A stretch of DNA of 62,706 bases, the filler included. It is 4 parts of 4 records of this genome, joined end to end, with 100 filler letters (N's around TTAATTAATTAA, not from the genome) between each part and the next. Parts side by side here need not be neighbours in the genome. Positions count along the whole stretch, not along the records: positions 45,168 to 57,063 come from DRR723986_11687; positions 57,164 to 62,706 come from DRR723986_11692; 2 more parts are not named here. One strand, written 5' to 3'. A program made the position numbers and the translations under genes. Positions 51,751 to 61,411 of the stretch are shown here, piece after piece (position 1 is the stretch's first letter; each line of letters opens with the position of its first letter). The notes below the pieces were generated by a model. That model ran no database searches and had not been told where the DNA came from. It saw only the letters and a list, made by a program, of their open reading frames with translations.

Positions 51751-53478
51751 ATGACAAAGCAGTCAAAATCTGACTCCAGTGCAGTGTTGTCTGTTGGGGC
51801 AATGTGCAGTGTACTTTCGCGCGGCGTGTCTAAAGTGCGCTGCATCGCTTGTCTAATGGCCTCGTGGGTGATTGTCTGTGGTGGTGTGATCGATGTGTGT
51901 CAGGCACAAATCAAATTCCGTGATGTAACCAAACAAACGGGTATTACCTTTGAGCACTTCAGTGGCCGCACTGGGAAGCACTACATCGTTGAGACCGTAA
52001 CTGCCGGTGTTGTTACGTTTGATTACGACGGTGATGGGTTGGTAGACATCTACTTGCTAAACGGATCTCCGCTGCAAGTAGGTGATTTGGATGGCGGTGA
52101 GCCAGAGACCGCACCCCGAAATCGACTTTACCGGAACATGGGCGGATTCCGCTTTGTCGATGTGACGAACCAATCAGGTGCGGGCGACACCGGTTTTGCG
52201 TTGGGGGGAGTCGCTGCCGACGTTGACAATGACGGCGATGCAGATCTGGTGATTACCAACTTTGGCAACAGCGTGATTTTGGAAAACGAAGGGGATGGTC
52301 AGTTTTCGCGTCGCGCGACTGATCCAACTGGAAAACCGCGAGTTGGCGCTGGCGTGGTCGCGCTGGACATTGAAAACGATGGCGACTTGGACTTGTACTT
52401 AGCCAACTATGTTGATTTTAGTTTTGACAAAGATGTGAATCGGACCATCTTCGGTGTCCCTGCGGCGCCTGGACCGAAAGACTACGATCCTGACTTGGAT
52501 ATGCTGTGGGAAAACGATGGAGCAGGGCAGTGGCTGGATGCGACGAACAAGAGTGGCATTGCCTCTGCTGCTGGCCCCGGCATGGGCGTCGTTGCCTTCG
52601 ATGCAACCGGTGATGGCCTTAGTGATATCTTTGTTGCGAACGATTCCGCTGCAAACATGTTCTGGGAAAATCTTGGCGAGGGGCGATTTGAAGAAAACTC
52701 TTTGCTGACTGGGCTGGCCTACGATGTGACGGGAGCCCAACAGGCAACCATGGGAGCTGACGCAGCAGATTGGAATCGAGACGGAATTGTCGATGTGGTC
52801 ACGACGAATTTCATTGATGAGATTCCGACACTATATGAAAACTCCGGGTTGGGATATTTCGATGACATTGGACCCGCGGCGGGGCTCGGTGCAGCAGATC
52901 GCAGTCTGACGTGGGGAGTCGGTTTCGCGGACTTCGACAATGACTCTTGGAGCGATCTGTTCATTGCAGCAGGGCATCTAATCTCTGGCGTGACGAAACT
53001 CAACGACAGTGAAACCTTTGAAGCTCCTAATTTAGTACTGCGAAACGAGGGGGGGAAACGGTTTGAGGCGGTTGCCACTGAGAATGGACCGTTGGCCGTA
53101 GAGCAAGTCAGCCGTGGAGCGGCACTGGAGGATTTCGATTCTGATGGTTTGGTCGACATCGTCGTGGTGAACTTAAACGACTCTGTACAAGTAATGAAGA
53201 ACGTGACGAGCTCGCCTGGCGAGTCTTTCCGGCTGCGTTTGGTCGGCACTTCTGCCAGTCGCGATGCGGCTGGGGCGATCGCGAGAATTCTGCTAGACGA
53301 TGGTTCTCAGCTCACGGGAGTGGTCTTGCGAGGCCGCGGCTATCAAAGTGGTTTCGGCGACACGCTGCACTTCGGCATTGGTAGTCGAAGCGTTAAATCA
53401 GTAGTCGTGCAATGGCCCGGTGGGAAGAAGCAACAGGTCGCTGCCACTGGCCAGGAAATGATCATCGTTGAAGATTAA
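51751..53478 (+). CDS. FG-GAP repeat / ASPIC-UnbV (CRTAC1-like) protein
   Basis: Repeated DxDxDG Ca-binding motifs, SRGAALEDFDSDG, C-terminal LHFGIG...WPGG. Confidence 0.92.
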   Translation: MTKQSKSDSSAVLSVGAMCSVLSRGVSKVRCIACLMASWVIVCGGVIDVCQAQIKFRDVTKQTGITFEHFSGRTGKHYIVETVTAGVVTFDYDGDGLVDIYLLNGSPLQVGDLDGGEPETAPRNRLYRNMGGFRFVDVTNQSGAGDTGFALGGVAADVDNDGDADLVITNFGNSVILENEGDGQFSRRATDPTGKPRVGAGVVALDIENDGDLDLYLANYVDFSFDKDVNRTIFGVPAAPGPKDYDPDLDMLWENDGAGQWLDATNKSGIASAAGPGMGVVAFDATGDGLSDIFVANDSAANMFWENLGEGRFEENSLLTGLAYDVTGAQQATMGADAADWNRDGIVDVVTTNFIDEIPTLYENSGLGYFDDIGPAAGLGAADRSLTWGVGFADFDNDSWSDLFIAAGHLISGVTKLNDSETFEAPNLVLRNEGGKRFEAVATENGPLAVEQVSRGAALEDFDSDGLVDIVVVNLNDSVQVMKNVTSSPGESFRLRLVGTSASRDAAGAIARILLDDGSQLTGVVLRGRGYQSGFGDTLHFGIGSRSVKSVVVQWPGGKKQQVAATGQEMIIVED

Positions 53479-53552
53479 CACACTGATGAAGAAGGGAGTG
53501 TCTGGTTTGGGCATGACCAAGACAGCATCGAAATCGTGCACTGAGGACTAGT

Positions 53553-54785
53553 GTGAATAAAAAGTCGAAACGTAAAGGGCGTAGCAAGTCCGCACCGCCC
53601 AAAAAGAGCAACGACCAGGGGAGAGCCTTACGGCTGCTCGTTGGATGCATCGTTGTGCTCGTTGTTGGGTTGGCTTTGCGGATGTATTGGTCCAATCAGG
53701 AGCAAGCCAAGCTGCGTGACTTGAAAAGCCGCGTCATCTCGGCGCAAAAGGTTGGAGACTGGCCCGCGGTGGAAGAGGCAGCTCGCGAGTGGGCTACCTT
53801 GCAGCCCGATGAGTATGAGCCGTGGGGATATGCAAGTGCCGCCGCGGAACAATTGGGTGACGTCGGTCTGGCAATTGATTATCTGGTCAGAATGCCAGAT
53901 TCAGCACCTGTCGAGGCGTACCATAAACTGGGGCTAATGCAGATGGAGCAGGCTATCCAGCCGCAAGAATCCTATGAGACCTGCTTGAGAACCCTCCAGA
54001 CCTATCCGGAAGATACCGAAACGCACACTCGCCTGCTTTACTACTACACCATGACATGCCAGCGAGAGAAGCTGCGAGATGAGATCCGTCGGGTCATCGA
54101 GTTAGGTTGCGACACTTCGGTTACGTATGTTTATCTGTTCACCGGGGATTGGCTGACCTTTACCAACGGATACACCACAAACAAACTGTGGTTGGAACGC
54201 GATCCTGGCAACGAGCTATACGATGTCGCGGCGACGATCCACCTGTTCACTCGTCAGGTGGATGACGAAGGGAATCGAAAGGAAACGGCTGAGGACTTGC
54301 AGGAATACGAGAACGCTCTGTTTGAGCAGCGGGAGCGGTATCCTGAAAATATCGAGCTGTTGGCCGCTGAGCTAGAACTGCGTTGTGAGAACGGTGATCT
54401 CGAGATAGTTGAAGAGCTTCAGGCCGCGACGCCCGAGGAAACGCTCGCGAAAGACCATCGCTTCCGTCGTTTCGAAGGCTGGCGTCAGTCAGCCCTTGGC
54501 CAGTGGGAGGCCTCGCGGGAAGCCTACATGCAGGGGCTTGCCATTGAACCATTCGATTGGGACATCCAAACCGAGTTGGAGTTGGTTCTGAGACGCTTGA
54601 ATGAACCTGAGTCTGCTGCCGACATTCGAGAAGTCGCCGAGCAGGGACGCAGAATTGCGAGAGCCATTCAGGTTGCCCCGAACCTTTTTGATGTTCCAGC
54701 GGAAACTCTAGAGGATCTGGCGGATTACTACGCCGCCTGCGGTATGGAAACCGAGTCAAAGCGGTTAAGAGCTTTGATCCTTTAA
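53553..54785 (+). CDS. membrane-anchored TPR-like protein
   Basis: Basic N-terminus, one TM helix, helical repeats. Confidence 0.75.
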   Translation: MNKKSKRKGRSKSAPPKKSNDQGRALRLLVGCIVVLVVGLALRMYWSNQEQAKLRDLKSRVISAQKVGDWPAVEEAAREWATLQPDEYEPWGYASAAAEQLGDVGLAIDYLVRMPDSAPVEAYHKLGLMQMEQAIQPQESYETCLRTLQTYPEDTETHTRLLYYYTMTCQREKLRDEIRRVIELGCDTSVTYVYLFTGDWLTFTNGYTTNKLWLERDPGNELYDVAATIHLFTRQVDDEGNRKETAEDLQEYENALFEQRERYPENIELLAAELELRCENGDLEIVEELQAATPEETLAKDHRFRRFEGWRQSALGQWEASREAYMQGLAIEPFDWDIQTELELVLRRLNEPESAADIREVAEQGRRIARAIQVAPNLFDVPAETLEDLADYYAACGMETESKRLRALIL

Positions 54786-54798
54786 CTGACTGGTTTCG

Positions 54799-54840
54799 TG
54801 CTGCCTGGCGGCGGTCGAAAGTTTAGACCTCGCAGGCAGC
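54799..54840. terminator. stem-loop between convergent genes
   Basis: GCTGCCTG...CAGGCAGC stem with an inner GGTC/GACC pair; no T run. Confidence 0.35.
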
Positions 54841-54957
54841 CTGCCTCGCGAGCCAACCACAATAACGGGTAGTTGAGTCGTCTAGCAGTCGAGCCGGCTG
54901 ATTTGCGCCGTTATCTGTCCCAATACAAGGGACGAGTTACTGCTCACGTGTAGAGGC

Positions 54958-56319
54958 TCAGACTTTATCGGCTGTTGGGTGAACCCAGGGGGCTCGATAT
55001 GGGCGAGCGAGGAGTCCGTTCGCCTCGTCGTCATCAACCACTTGATGATTGGCGGGGTCCCATTCGAGAGTGCGGTCAAGTCCCATCGACATGTTCGCTA
55101 ATATGCACGACGCCGACGAAATGTGGCCTTGCTCGATGTCAGCAACCGGCTTTCCACGTGAACCAACGGCAGCCAACCAGTCGAGCATGTGTCCGCGAAT
55201 GGCAGATGCAACATGCTGTTCTAGCCTCAAAGCATCCTTGTCCGGGATGTCGGTTGGGTACTTGTCGAACTCTAGCAGTGCGGTTCCCGAAAGTGGTTTC
55301 CCTCCACCGCGCGGGATGAATTCCCACTTGTTGACGCTCATCTTCAGGGTGCCCTTGTCGCCGTAGATGAATGCTGCCCATGGATAGTCCGGATCAGGTG
55401 CCTGTCCCCAGCTTCGGTGCGTCCAAACGACATCCAGGTCATCAAATTCGAACGTTGCGGTTTGCGTGTCCGAGATGTTAGCGCGGCTCTTCTTGTCGAC
55501 CATGATGCCGCCACTGCTGGTGACACGCTGCGGCCACCCCAGTTCAAGCGCCCAGCGAACCATGTCGAGCATGTGAACGCACATGTCGCCAACGATTCCG
55601 TTCCCGTACTCCATGAATGCTCGCCACTTGCGTGGATGCTGCAGACCACAGTAAGGAATCATTGGCGCTGGACCGGTCCACATTTCGTAATCTAAGTTGG
55701 CAGGGGGCTGCTGGTCCGGGGGCGTTTCACGGGACCGCATGTGGTAGTAGCAGCAAACCTCCGCAAATGCGATGTTACCCAAAAGGCCTTCGCGGATAAC
55801 TTTGTCGCGAGCGTCGATCAAGTGTGGAGTGCTGCGTCGTTGCGTGCCAACCTGCACGACCTTGTCGTGTTTTCGCGCCGCTGCAAGCATCGCATGGCTC
55901 TCGACGACATCAACGCCGGTCGGCTTCTGGACGTAGACATCCGCGCCCGCCTTAACAGCCTCAATCATCGGAAGAGCATGCCAGTGATCGGGGGTGCCGA
56001 TAATCACTAGGTCAAGGTCTTTCTCGCCAAGCATCTTGCGATAGTCTGAGTAGGTCCTGGGGCGTTTTTTACTTTGCTGGCGTGACTCGACGACATCGGC
56101 TGCCTCGCTGAGCATCTTGCTGTCGACGTCGCAGAGCGAAACCACTTCTACCGGAGCAACATTTAGTAATTGGGTCAGATCGCATTTACCGTACCAGCCC
56201 GTGCCAATGACACCAACGCGTTTGGGCTCTGATTCAATGACATTCGCAGCCGACTCCTTGGCTGCAGCGGTGAGTGCAGTAGCAGCGCCGACGGCTTGTA
56301 GGAAATTGCGTCGTTTCAT
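54958..56319 (-). CDS. Tat-exported Gfo/Idh/MocA family oxidoreductase
   Basis: MKRRNFL twin-arginine signal, GTGWYG, TPDHWH, YVQKP, QVGTQRRS; ATG 56319 with GGAG RBS. Confidence 0.92.
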   Translation of the reverse strand: MKRRNFLQAVGAATALTAAAKESAANVIESEPKRVGVIGTGWYGKCDLTQLLNVAPVEVVSLCDVDSKMLSEAADVVESRQQSKKRPRTYSDYRKMLGEKDLDLVIIGTPDHWHALPMIEAVKAGADVYVQKPTGVDVVESHAMLAAARKHDKVVQVGTQRRSTPHLIDARDKVIREGLLGNIAFAEVCCYYHMRSRETPPDQQPPANLDYEMWTGPAPMIPYCGLQHPRKWRAFMEYGNGIVGDMCVHMLDMVRWALELGWPQRVTSSGGIMVDKKSRANISDTQTATFEFDDLDVVWTHRSWGQAPDPDYPWAAFIYGDKGTLKMSVNKWEFIPRGGGKPLSGTALLEFDKYPTDIPDKDALRLEQHVASAIRGHMLDWLAAVGSRGKPVADIEQGHISSASCILANMSMGLDRTLEWDPANHQVVDDDEANGLLARPYRAPWVHPTADKV

Positions 56320-56470
56320 GGAATTCTCCAGTAGCCCTTTTGGCAAGATAAGTTGTTCAGTAGCAGCGAGATGACGCGCAGACGGCCGAGACTCAAGGCA
56401 GCTAAATTCTAGGGAGTCGCAGCCAGCCCATGGTCGCATTTGCACGGTCGGGCCTATTCTACACTGTGGC

Positions 56471-56673
56471 GAGTGGTACCGTGGAGACTCACGATGCGAG
56501 CCACAATCGACGAAGGGGCTCAGACAAAAAGAGTCAGCCCTCGAGCGGCGGAGAAAGTCCGGCTTGCGCGATGGAGGTGTTTTTCCTTAACGCATAGAGT
56601 CGTTCTCTTACGCGTCGCAGCTCTCGGGCAAGCGCGTGCATCGTCGGTCTGTTCAGGCGAACCCCACTCTTTT
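56471..56673 (+). ncRNA. putative ~200-nt structured ncRNA (6S-like rod; family not established)
   Basis: Nested pairings GAGTGG/CCACTC, AGAC/GTCT, ACGATGC/GCATCGT, GAGC/GCTC, CGACG/CGTCG; TACACT -10 ending 5 nt upstream; TTTT after the 3' strand; intergenic. Confidence 0.55.
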
Positions 56674-56811
56674 GCAATCAATGCGCCGCCTAATCCGGAC
56701 GCTCGCGGTGGCTCTTGGTTCCTGCAAATTCTGATGCAAGTCTATCCTGTGGTCGGCGGGGTAGGGCAGGGCGATTGAGCGATACGGCCTGGCCCTTGGT
56801 CGAGAGCTTGG

Positions 56812-57063
56812 TCAGGCAGCCTTCGTGCTCTCGTTTTGATCGGATTCTTCGCTCTTCTTGCGGCTTTGCAAATAGCTCTCTAGCACGCTTTCGATCTTGG
56901 CATTGAGTGCGTCGAGTTCGTCGAGGACTTGATTGTGCTTTTTCTCGAGCTGTTCGATGAACGCAATTCCTTCACCCGATGTTTCTTCGTCGAGTTCTTT
57001 GTGCTGCAGGGCCGTTACGTCAGCCTCAGCAATTTCGGACTCAGCTACTTCGGACTCAGCTAC
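56812..57063 (-). CDS. 3' part of a hypothetical acidic coiled-coil protein, 5'-truncated
   Basis: Manual translation VAESEVAESEIAEAD...LEKKHNQVLDELDALNAKIESVL...TKAA*; not in the ORF track. Confidence 0.7.
   Translation of the reverse strand, partial: VAESEVAESEIAEADVTALQHKELDEETSGEGIAFIEQLEKKHNQVLDELDALNAKIESVLESYLQSRKKSEESDQNESTKAA
57025..57063. repeat. 15-bp coding tandem repeat (VAESE)n running into the contig end
   Basis: CTCAGC-AATTTCGGA / CTCAGC-TACTTCGGA / CTCAGC-TAC. Confidence 0.8.
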
Positions 57064-57163
57064 NNNNNNNNNNNNNNNNNNNNNNNNNNNNNNNNNNNNN
57101 NNNNNNNTTAATTAATTAANNNNNNNNNNNNNNNNNNNNNNNNNNNNNNNNNNNNNNNNNNNN
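57064..57163. other. artificial contig spacer
   Basis: N44-TTAATTAATTAA-N44. Confidence 0.99.
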
Positions 57164-57165
57164 CT

Positions 57166-60100
57166 CCGTTGAAGTCAAATGGAAGCCCGATGCCAAACTC
57201 GAATTTCTACAACGCCCCGCTCAATGGTTTTGCCTCTGGGTCATCGGGGGTTAACCTGGGCAGTGATTATCGGGCCATCATGGATGACTTTTATTACTAT
57301 GGGCAGTATGGGGGCTATTATCGTTACGGTTTTACGATTAGTCCCTATGCGAATGCGACAACTGCATTCTATTATCGCTGGAAAGAAGGATGTAGTGACC
57401 CATCCAGCATTGGATGCTATGACCAGGTCACTATCAATGATGATGTTAGCCGTCAAAATTTCGCGAACTGGTTTTCCTATTACAGAACACGCGAAATGGC
57501 TGCCAAAGCCGGTATCGGAACTGTGTTTGCGAATTCTGCGCTTCGAAATGACTTTCGTCTTGGTTGGGGACGTATAAATAAAGGCGAAAGCAATATTGAT
57601 GATGCTTCTGGTATTCGTGCAGTAATAGAGGGGGTTCGGCCTTATGAAGATGTTAAGTCGAACTTTATCAGTTGGCTTTATGGCCATAATGCTACTGGTT
57701 CGACGCCCCTTCTGAAAGCACTCGAGGGTGCTGGGAAGTATTACGAGAACAGTAAGCGAGCCTGGACTGATGATCCGTCCTCCTCCTCCGGCACTCCGCG
57801 AGAGTGCCGAATCTCCGCCACCATGCTTATGACGGATGGTTATTACGACACTTCGAGCGGGTCTGCTCCCGACCTTAACAGCTATGCCGATGATTCCAAC
57901 GGTCCAGTGCATGAAAACAGTACAGGTGCCAAAGGTCAGTACAAGGCTGTATCACCCTTTAGTGATGGATACACCGGTCGGGTTTCGCTGGCGGATGTCG
58001 CCGCCTATTACTGGAAGCGGGACTTGCGCCCTGACATAACCAACTTTGTGCCGACCATTGATGCAACGGATGATGGCAACAGAAAGACTTTGGGTAACCC
58101 TGCCTTTTGGCAGAACATGATGACCTACGGCATTGGTTTTGGTGTTGAGGGCACGGTATCCAGAGACGATGCGATTGACGCGGCACTAGACGGAACGTCG
58201 GTGAACTGGTGGGGAGGCGATAACGATGAAGACAAGATCAACGATCTGCTTCATGCCTCAATCAACGGGCGTGGTGATTTCTTTAGTGCCGGCGATCCGG
58301 AAACATTCCGCGCAGAGCTTGGAAATCTTCTGGGACAATTCTTGGACAGCTCTGGCTCGGCAACTGGCCTGGATTTTAACGTAGCTACGATTGAGTCGGA
58401 GGGTGCGTTGGTTTTCTCCAGCTCTTTTGAATCCAATGGCTGGACTGGAGATATCAAGGCTAAAACCTTCAAAAAAGGCAGTGATGGACTGCCAACAGAG
58501 GCTACTGGCACAGAGAACAAGGGGTGGTCTGCTCAGCAGTTGCTGGATAAAGTCGTGCCAGATGAGCGTGTAATCCTGACTTGGGATGGCAGTCAGGGGC
58601 AACCGTTCCGTTGGGATAACCTGACGACCGAGCAAAAGGCTGATCTAAATACAGGAACGCCTTCTTTGGGAGAGAAGCGTCTTGAGTATCTTCGAGGCAA
58701 AAAAAGGGCGGATATGCCAGCGACAGATGCTCCCTATTTCCGCCAGCGTAGTCACCTTCTGGGTACCATCGTTAATTCCACTCCGAGATTCGTAGGTAAG
58801 CCAGATTCCGGTTGGCCTAACAACATTCCCAATGCCAGTAAATACTCGGTCTTCTACAATGACAACCTTGAAAGGGATCCCGTGGTCTACGTAGGATCAA
58901 ACGACGGCATGCTTCACGGTTTTAAAGCAACTGATAGGGATGATGACGGTGGCAAAGAAGTTCTTGCCTACGTGCCTTCTTTTGTGTCTTCAACTGAGTC
59001 CGGCAAAGGCCTCCATCAGTTAACCAAGCCGGAATATGACCATCGTTTCTATGTCGATCTCAACCTGGAAGTAGTGGATGTTTATACCGGTGGCCGAAAC
59101 GATAAAGGCAACATCAGCAACAAAGAGGAATGGCGTACGGTGCTAATCGGGGGGGCTAGGGCTGGAGCCAAAGGCATCTTTGCGCTGGACGTCACAGACC
59201 CCGATGGTTTTTCTGAAGCTGATGCCGGTAAGCATGTACTTTGGGAATTTACGAGTAATGATGACGACCGGTTGGGCTACCTCGTTGAGCCGCCAGAAAT
59301 AGCGTTGAGAGACTGGGGCGGAGCTAAAGGCGTGCGCTGGACGGTTTTCCTCTCGAATGGTTATAACTCATCCACTGCATCAACAGGTTTTTTCATGCTG
59401 GATCTTGAAGCGGGTATGGATGGCTGGAGTAGCAGCGACTATGAGTACGTGGAGTTTGAGAAGGGATCTGGTCTTTCTCCGCTGGCAGTGATCGATACCG
59501 GTGAGGATTACATAGCGGATCGGGTTTATGCCGGCGACAGAGACGGAAATATGTGGGTCGCTGATGTCTCCGAGGGGGCTAAATCCAAGCTCTACTCTGG
59601 ACCATACTTCACGGCAGGTCAGCCTATTACGGCTGCGCCGGCAGTCGCTTTGTCAGTTGACTCTGGAAACGATCCGGATCTGATGATCCTGTTCGGAACT
59701 GGGCAATATCTGGAAGCCAAGGATAATGGAACCACAGATACCCAGTACTTCTATGCGGTTCATGAAACTTCCGGCCCAGCCGGTGACCCGGTACTCCCGC
59801 CATTGACAGCTAGTGATCTGGAAGCAGTGAATCTGACCACCAGTGGCAGTACACGAAAGATATTGGAAACCGAACCTCGTATCGACTACACCAAGGACCG
59901 TGGCTGGTACATACCGCTACCAACCTCGGGCGAGCGAATCGTCAATTACCCGATTATTCGCGGTGAGTACGTTTACGTGAATACGATCATTCCAGGGTCG
60001 AACCCATGCCTGGGTGGCGGCGATGGTTGGATAATGGGCATGGAGATAGTAAGGGCTAAAGGCTCAACGCCAATCTATAAGGCGTTCAAAAAACTGGATG

Positions 60101-60261
60101 CTGAAGGTGCGGGCATCAAAGTCCAGAGCACCCCCTCTCAGCTGTCTATCTGGGGCAATCTTCTGACCTTTGGTACAGGGCTGGGTGGTGCTGGCTTTGA
60201 AGAGCTGGATCCTTTTGACGATGTGCTCGGTCGGAGAGGCTGGAGAGAGATTACCGAATGA
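57166..60261 (+). CDS. pilY1: type IV pilus adhesin PilY1/PilC, 5'-truncated
   Basis: QNFANWFSYYRTR, vWA-like TPL and MTDG, LADVAAYYW, LLGTIVNSTP, VGSNDGMLHGF, YAGD, GRRGWREI end. Confidence 0.93.
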   Translation, partial: PLKSNGSPMPNSNFYNAPLNGFASGSSGVNLGSDYRAIMDDFYYYGQYGGYYRYGFTISPYANATTAFYYRWKEGCSDPSSIGCYDQVTINDDVSRQNFANWFSYYRTREMAAKAGIGTVFANSALRNDFRLGWGRINKGESNIDDASGIRAVIEGVRPYEDVKSNFISWLYGHNATGSTPLLKALEGAGKYYENSKRAWTDDPSSSSGTPRECRISATMLMTDGYYDTSSGSAPDLNSYADDSNGPVHENSTGAKGQYKAVSPFSDGYTGRVSLADVAAYYWKRDLRPDITNFVPTIDATDDGNRKTLGNPAFWQNMMTYGIGFGVEGTVSRDDAIDAALDGTSVNWWGGDNDEDKINDLLHASINGRGDFFSAGDPETFRAELGNLLGQFLDSSGSATGLDFNVATIESEGALVFSSSFESNGWTGDIKAKTFKKGSDGLPTEATGTENKGWSAQQLLDKVVPDERVILTWDGSQGQPFRWDNLTTEQKADLNTGTPSLGEKRLEYLRGKKRADMPATDAPYFRQRSHLLGTIVNSTPRFVGKPDSGWPNNIPNASKYSVFYNDNLERDPVVYVGSNDGMLHGFKATDRDDDGGKEVLAYVPSFVSSTESGKGLHQLTKPEYDHRFYVDLNLEVVDVYTGGRNDKGNISNKEEWRTVLIGGARAGAKGIFALDVTDPDGFSEADAGKHVLWEFTSNDDDRLGYLVEPPEIALRDWGGAKGVRWTVFLSNGYNSSTASTGFFMLDLEAGMDGWSSSDYEYVEFEKGSGLSPLAVIDTGEDYIADRVYAGDRDGNMWVADVSEGAKSKLYSGPYFTAGQPITAAPAVALSVDSGNDPDLMILFGTGQYLEAKDNGTTDTQYFYAVHETSGPAGDPVLPPLTASDLEAVNLTTSGSTRKILETEPRIDYTKDRGWYIPLPTSGERIVNYPIIRGEYVYVNTIIPGSNPCLGGGDGWIMGMEIVRAKGSTPIYKAFKKLDAEGAGIKVQSTPSQLSIWGNLLTFGTGLGGAGFEELDPFDDVLGRRGWREITE

Positions 60262-60677
60262 AGACTTCAACATATGCCCCGTGCAACCGCATCGCTGGCT
60301 TCACGCTGATTGAGCTGATGATTGTAGTGGCTATCATCGGAATCATTGTGTCGATTGCTTATCCGTCTTATCGCGAGAACGTTATGGCCACCCATAGGGC
60401 AAATGCCCAGGCAGACTTGATGGAGCTCGCACAATGGATGGAGCGAAAATATCTCCAGCAAAACTACGATTACACGGGTGGGGGAACCCCCACCCTGCCA
60501 CAGACTCAGTCTCCTGAAACTGGAAAGGCTATGTATCAACTGACACTGAGTGCCGTTGCCAAAAACAGCTTTGAGCTGAAAGCAACCCCAAAAGGTGGGC
60601 AAACTGGTGATCGCTGCGGTACGCTAACGCTGGAACATACGGGGCAAAAAGGTGCAGGTGACACTGACTGTTGGTGA
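60258..60677 (+). CDS. pilE: type IV minor pilin PilE
   Basis: G|FTLIELMIVVAIIG prepilin site, AYPSY, C-terminal D.CG.L.L...CW; coupled to pilY1. Confidence 0.9.
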   Translation: MKTSTYAPCNRIAGFTLIELMIVVAIIGIIVSIAYPSYRENVMATHRANAQADLMELAQWMERKYLQQNYDYTGGGTPTLPQTQSPETGKAMYQLTLSAVAKNSFELKATPKGGQTGDRCGTLTLEHTGQKGAGDTDCW

Positions 60678-60682
60678 GCTTT

Positions 60683-60704
60683 AGGGGGGATGCCCCCCCT
60701 TTTT
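60683..60704 (+). terminator. intrinsic terminator after pilE
   Basis: AGGGGGG-ATGC-CCCCCCT hairpin followed by TTTT. Confidence 0.7.
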
Positions 60705-60720
60705 CCCATTCGTCTCTGTT

Positions 60721-61284
60721 CTAGCATTCTAGTAGATCGCCGTTAGCCTTGTCCGGGATACCATCTCCATTGGTATCTTTTGCAACTCTTATACTCCCTC
60801 CCCTGCGAATGACAAAATGCGCCGCTTTCTTTGGGTTTTTGTCATCCGGGCACCAGGTGATATTGCCTAAATCGCTCAGAATCATTCCGTTGGGGCGGTA
60901 TTGGAAAAAGCTTCGGTGCAGTGATGCAACTTTCAGAAACCCTCGTTTTGGAGGCGAAAAAACCCGGATAATCTGATTCTTATTGGTCAGTTTTCTTTTG
61001 TTTCCGGGGTCCTTGAATAGTGTGATGGGCTTGTTCCAGTCTTTGCCGCACTCTTTGGTAGAAGTGAGCGGACACAGCGTGAGTATCGTGCCAGTGAGCA
61101 CAGATCGCTCTCTCCCCATCGCAAGAGTGCCAAGAATTTCGTTAATGACTGCTTTACGTTGGCTGTTGTCTATGAGGTATTGTGTTGAAGGTACTGCTAC
61201 CGCGGCGGCAATAACGATAATGGCCGTTACGATAGCCAGTTCAATGAGGGTTACGCCTTTCTGGCGCTTTTTAGCGTTAATCAT
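60721..61284 (-). CDS. fimT: GspH/FimT family minor pilin
   Basis: KG|VTLIEL prepilin motif, LCP...C..DW, C-terminal Cys. Confidence 0.8.
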   Translation of the reverse strand: MINAKKRQKGVTLIELAIVTAIIVIAAAVAVPSTQYLIDNSQRKAVINEILGTLAMGRERSVLTGTILTLCPLTSTKECGKDWNKPITLFKDPGNKRKLTNKNQIIRVFSPPKRGFLKVASLHRSFFQYRPNGMILSDLGNITWCPDDKNPKKAAHFVIRRGGSIRVAKDTNGDGIPDKANGDLLEC

Positions 61285-61411
61285 CCCTGATTTTCCTTTT
61301 GCTCTCGTCCTGAAAGCGTTGCTCTGGTCAGACTCCTGATCTTAGGTAAGGATACAACTTGTTACACCGTTGACCTGATGGGGATTTTCGCGGTGTTTTG
61401 TGAGAGATATC

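Noticed and set aside
56545-56566. GAAAGTCCGG resembling RNase P RNA; possible tmRNA on the minus strand
   Set aside because: The element is only about 200 nt and lacks the RNase P 3' consensus and the tmRNA T-arm/CCA end
56440-56778. 112-aa ORF over the ncRNA candidate
   Set aside because: TTG start without RBS, no protein-like features; the region is better explained by RNA structure
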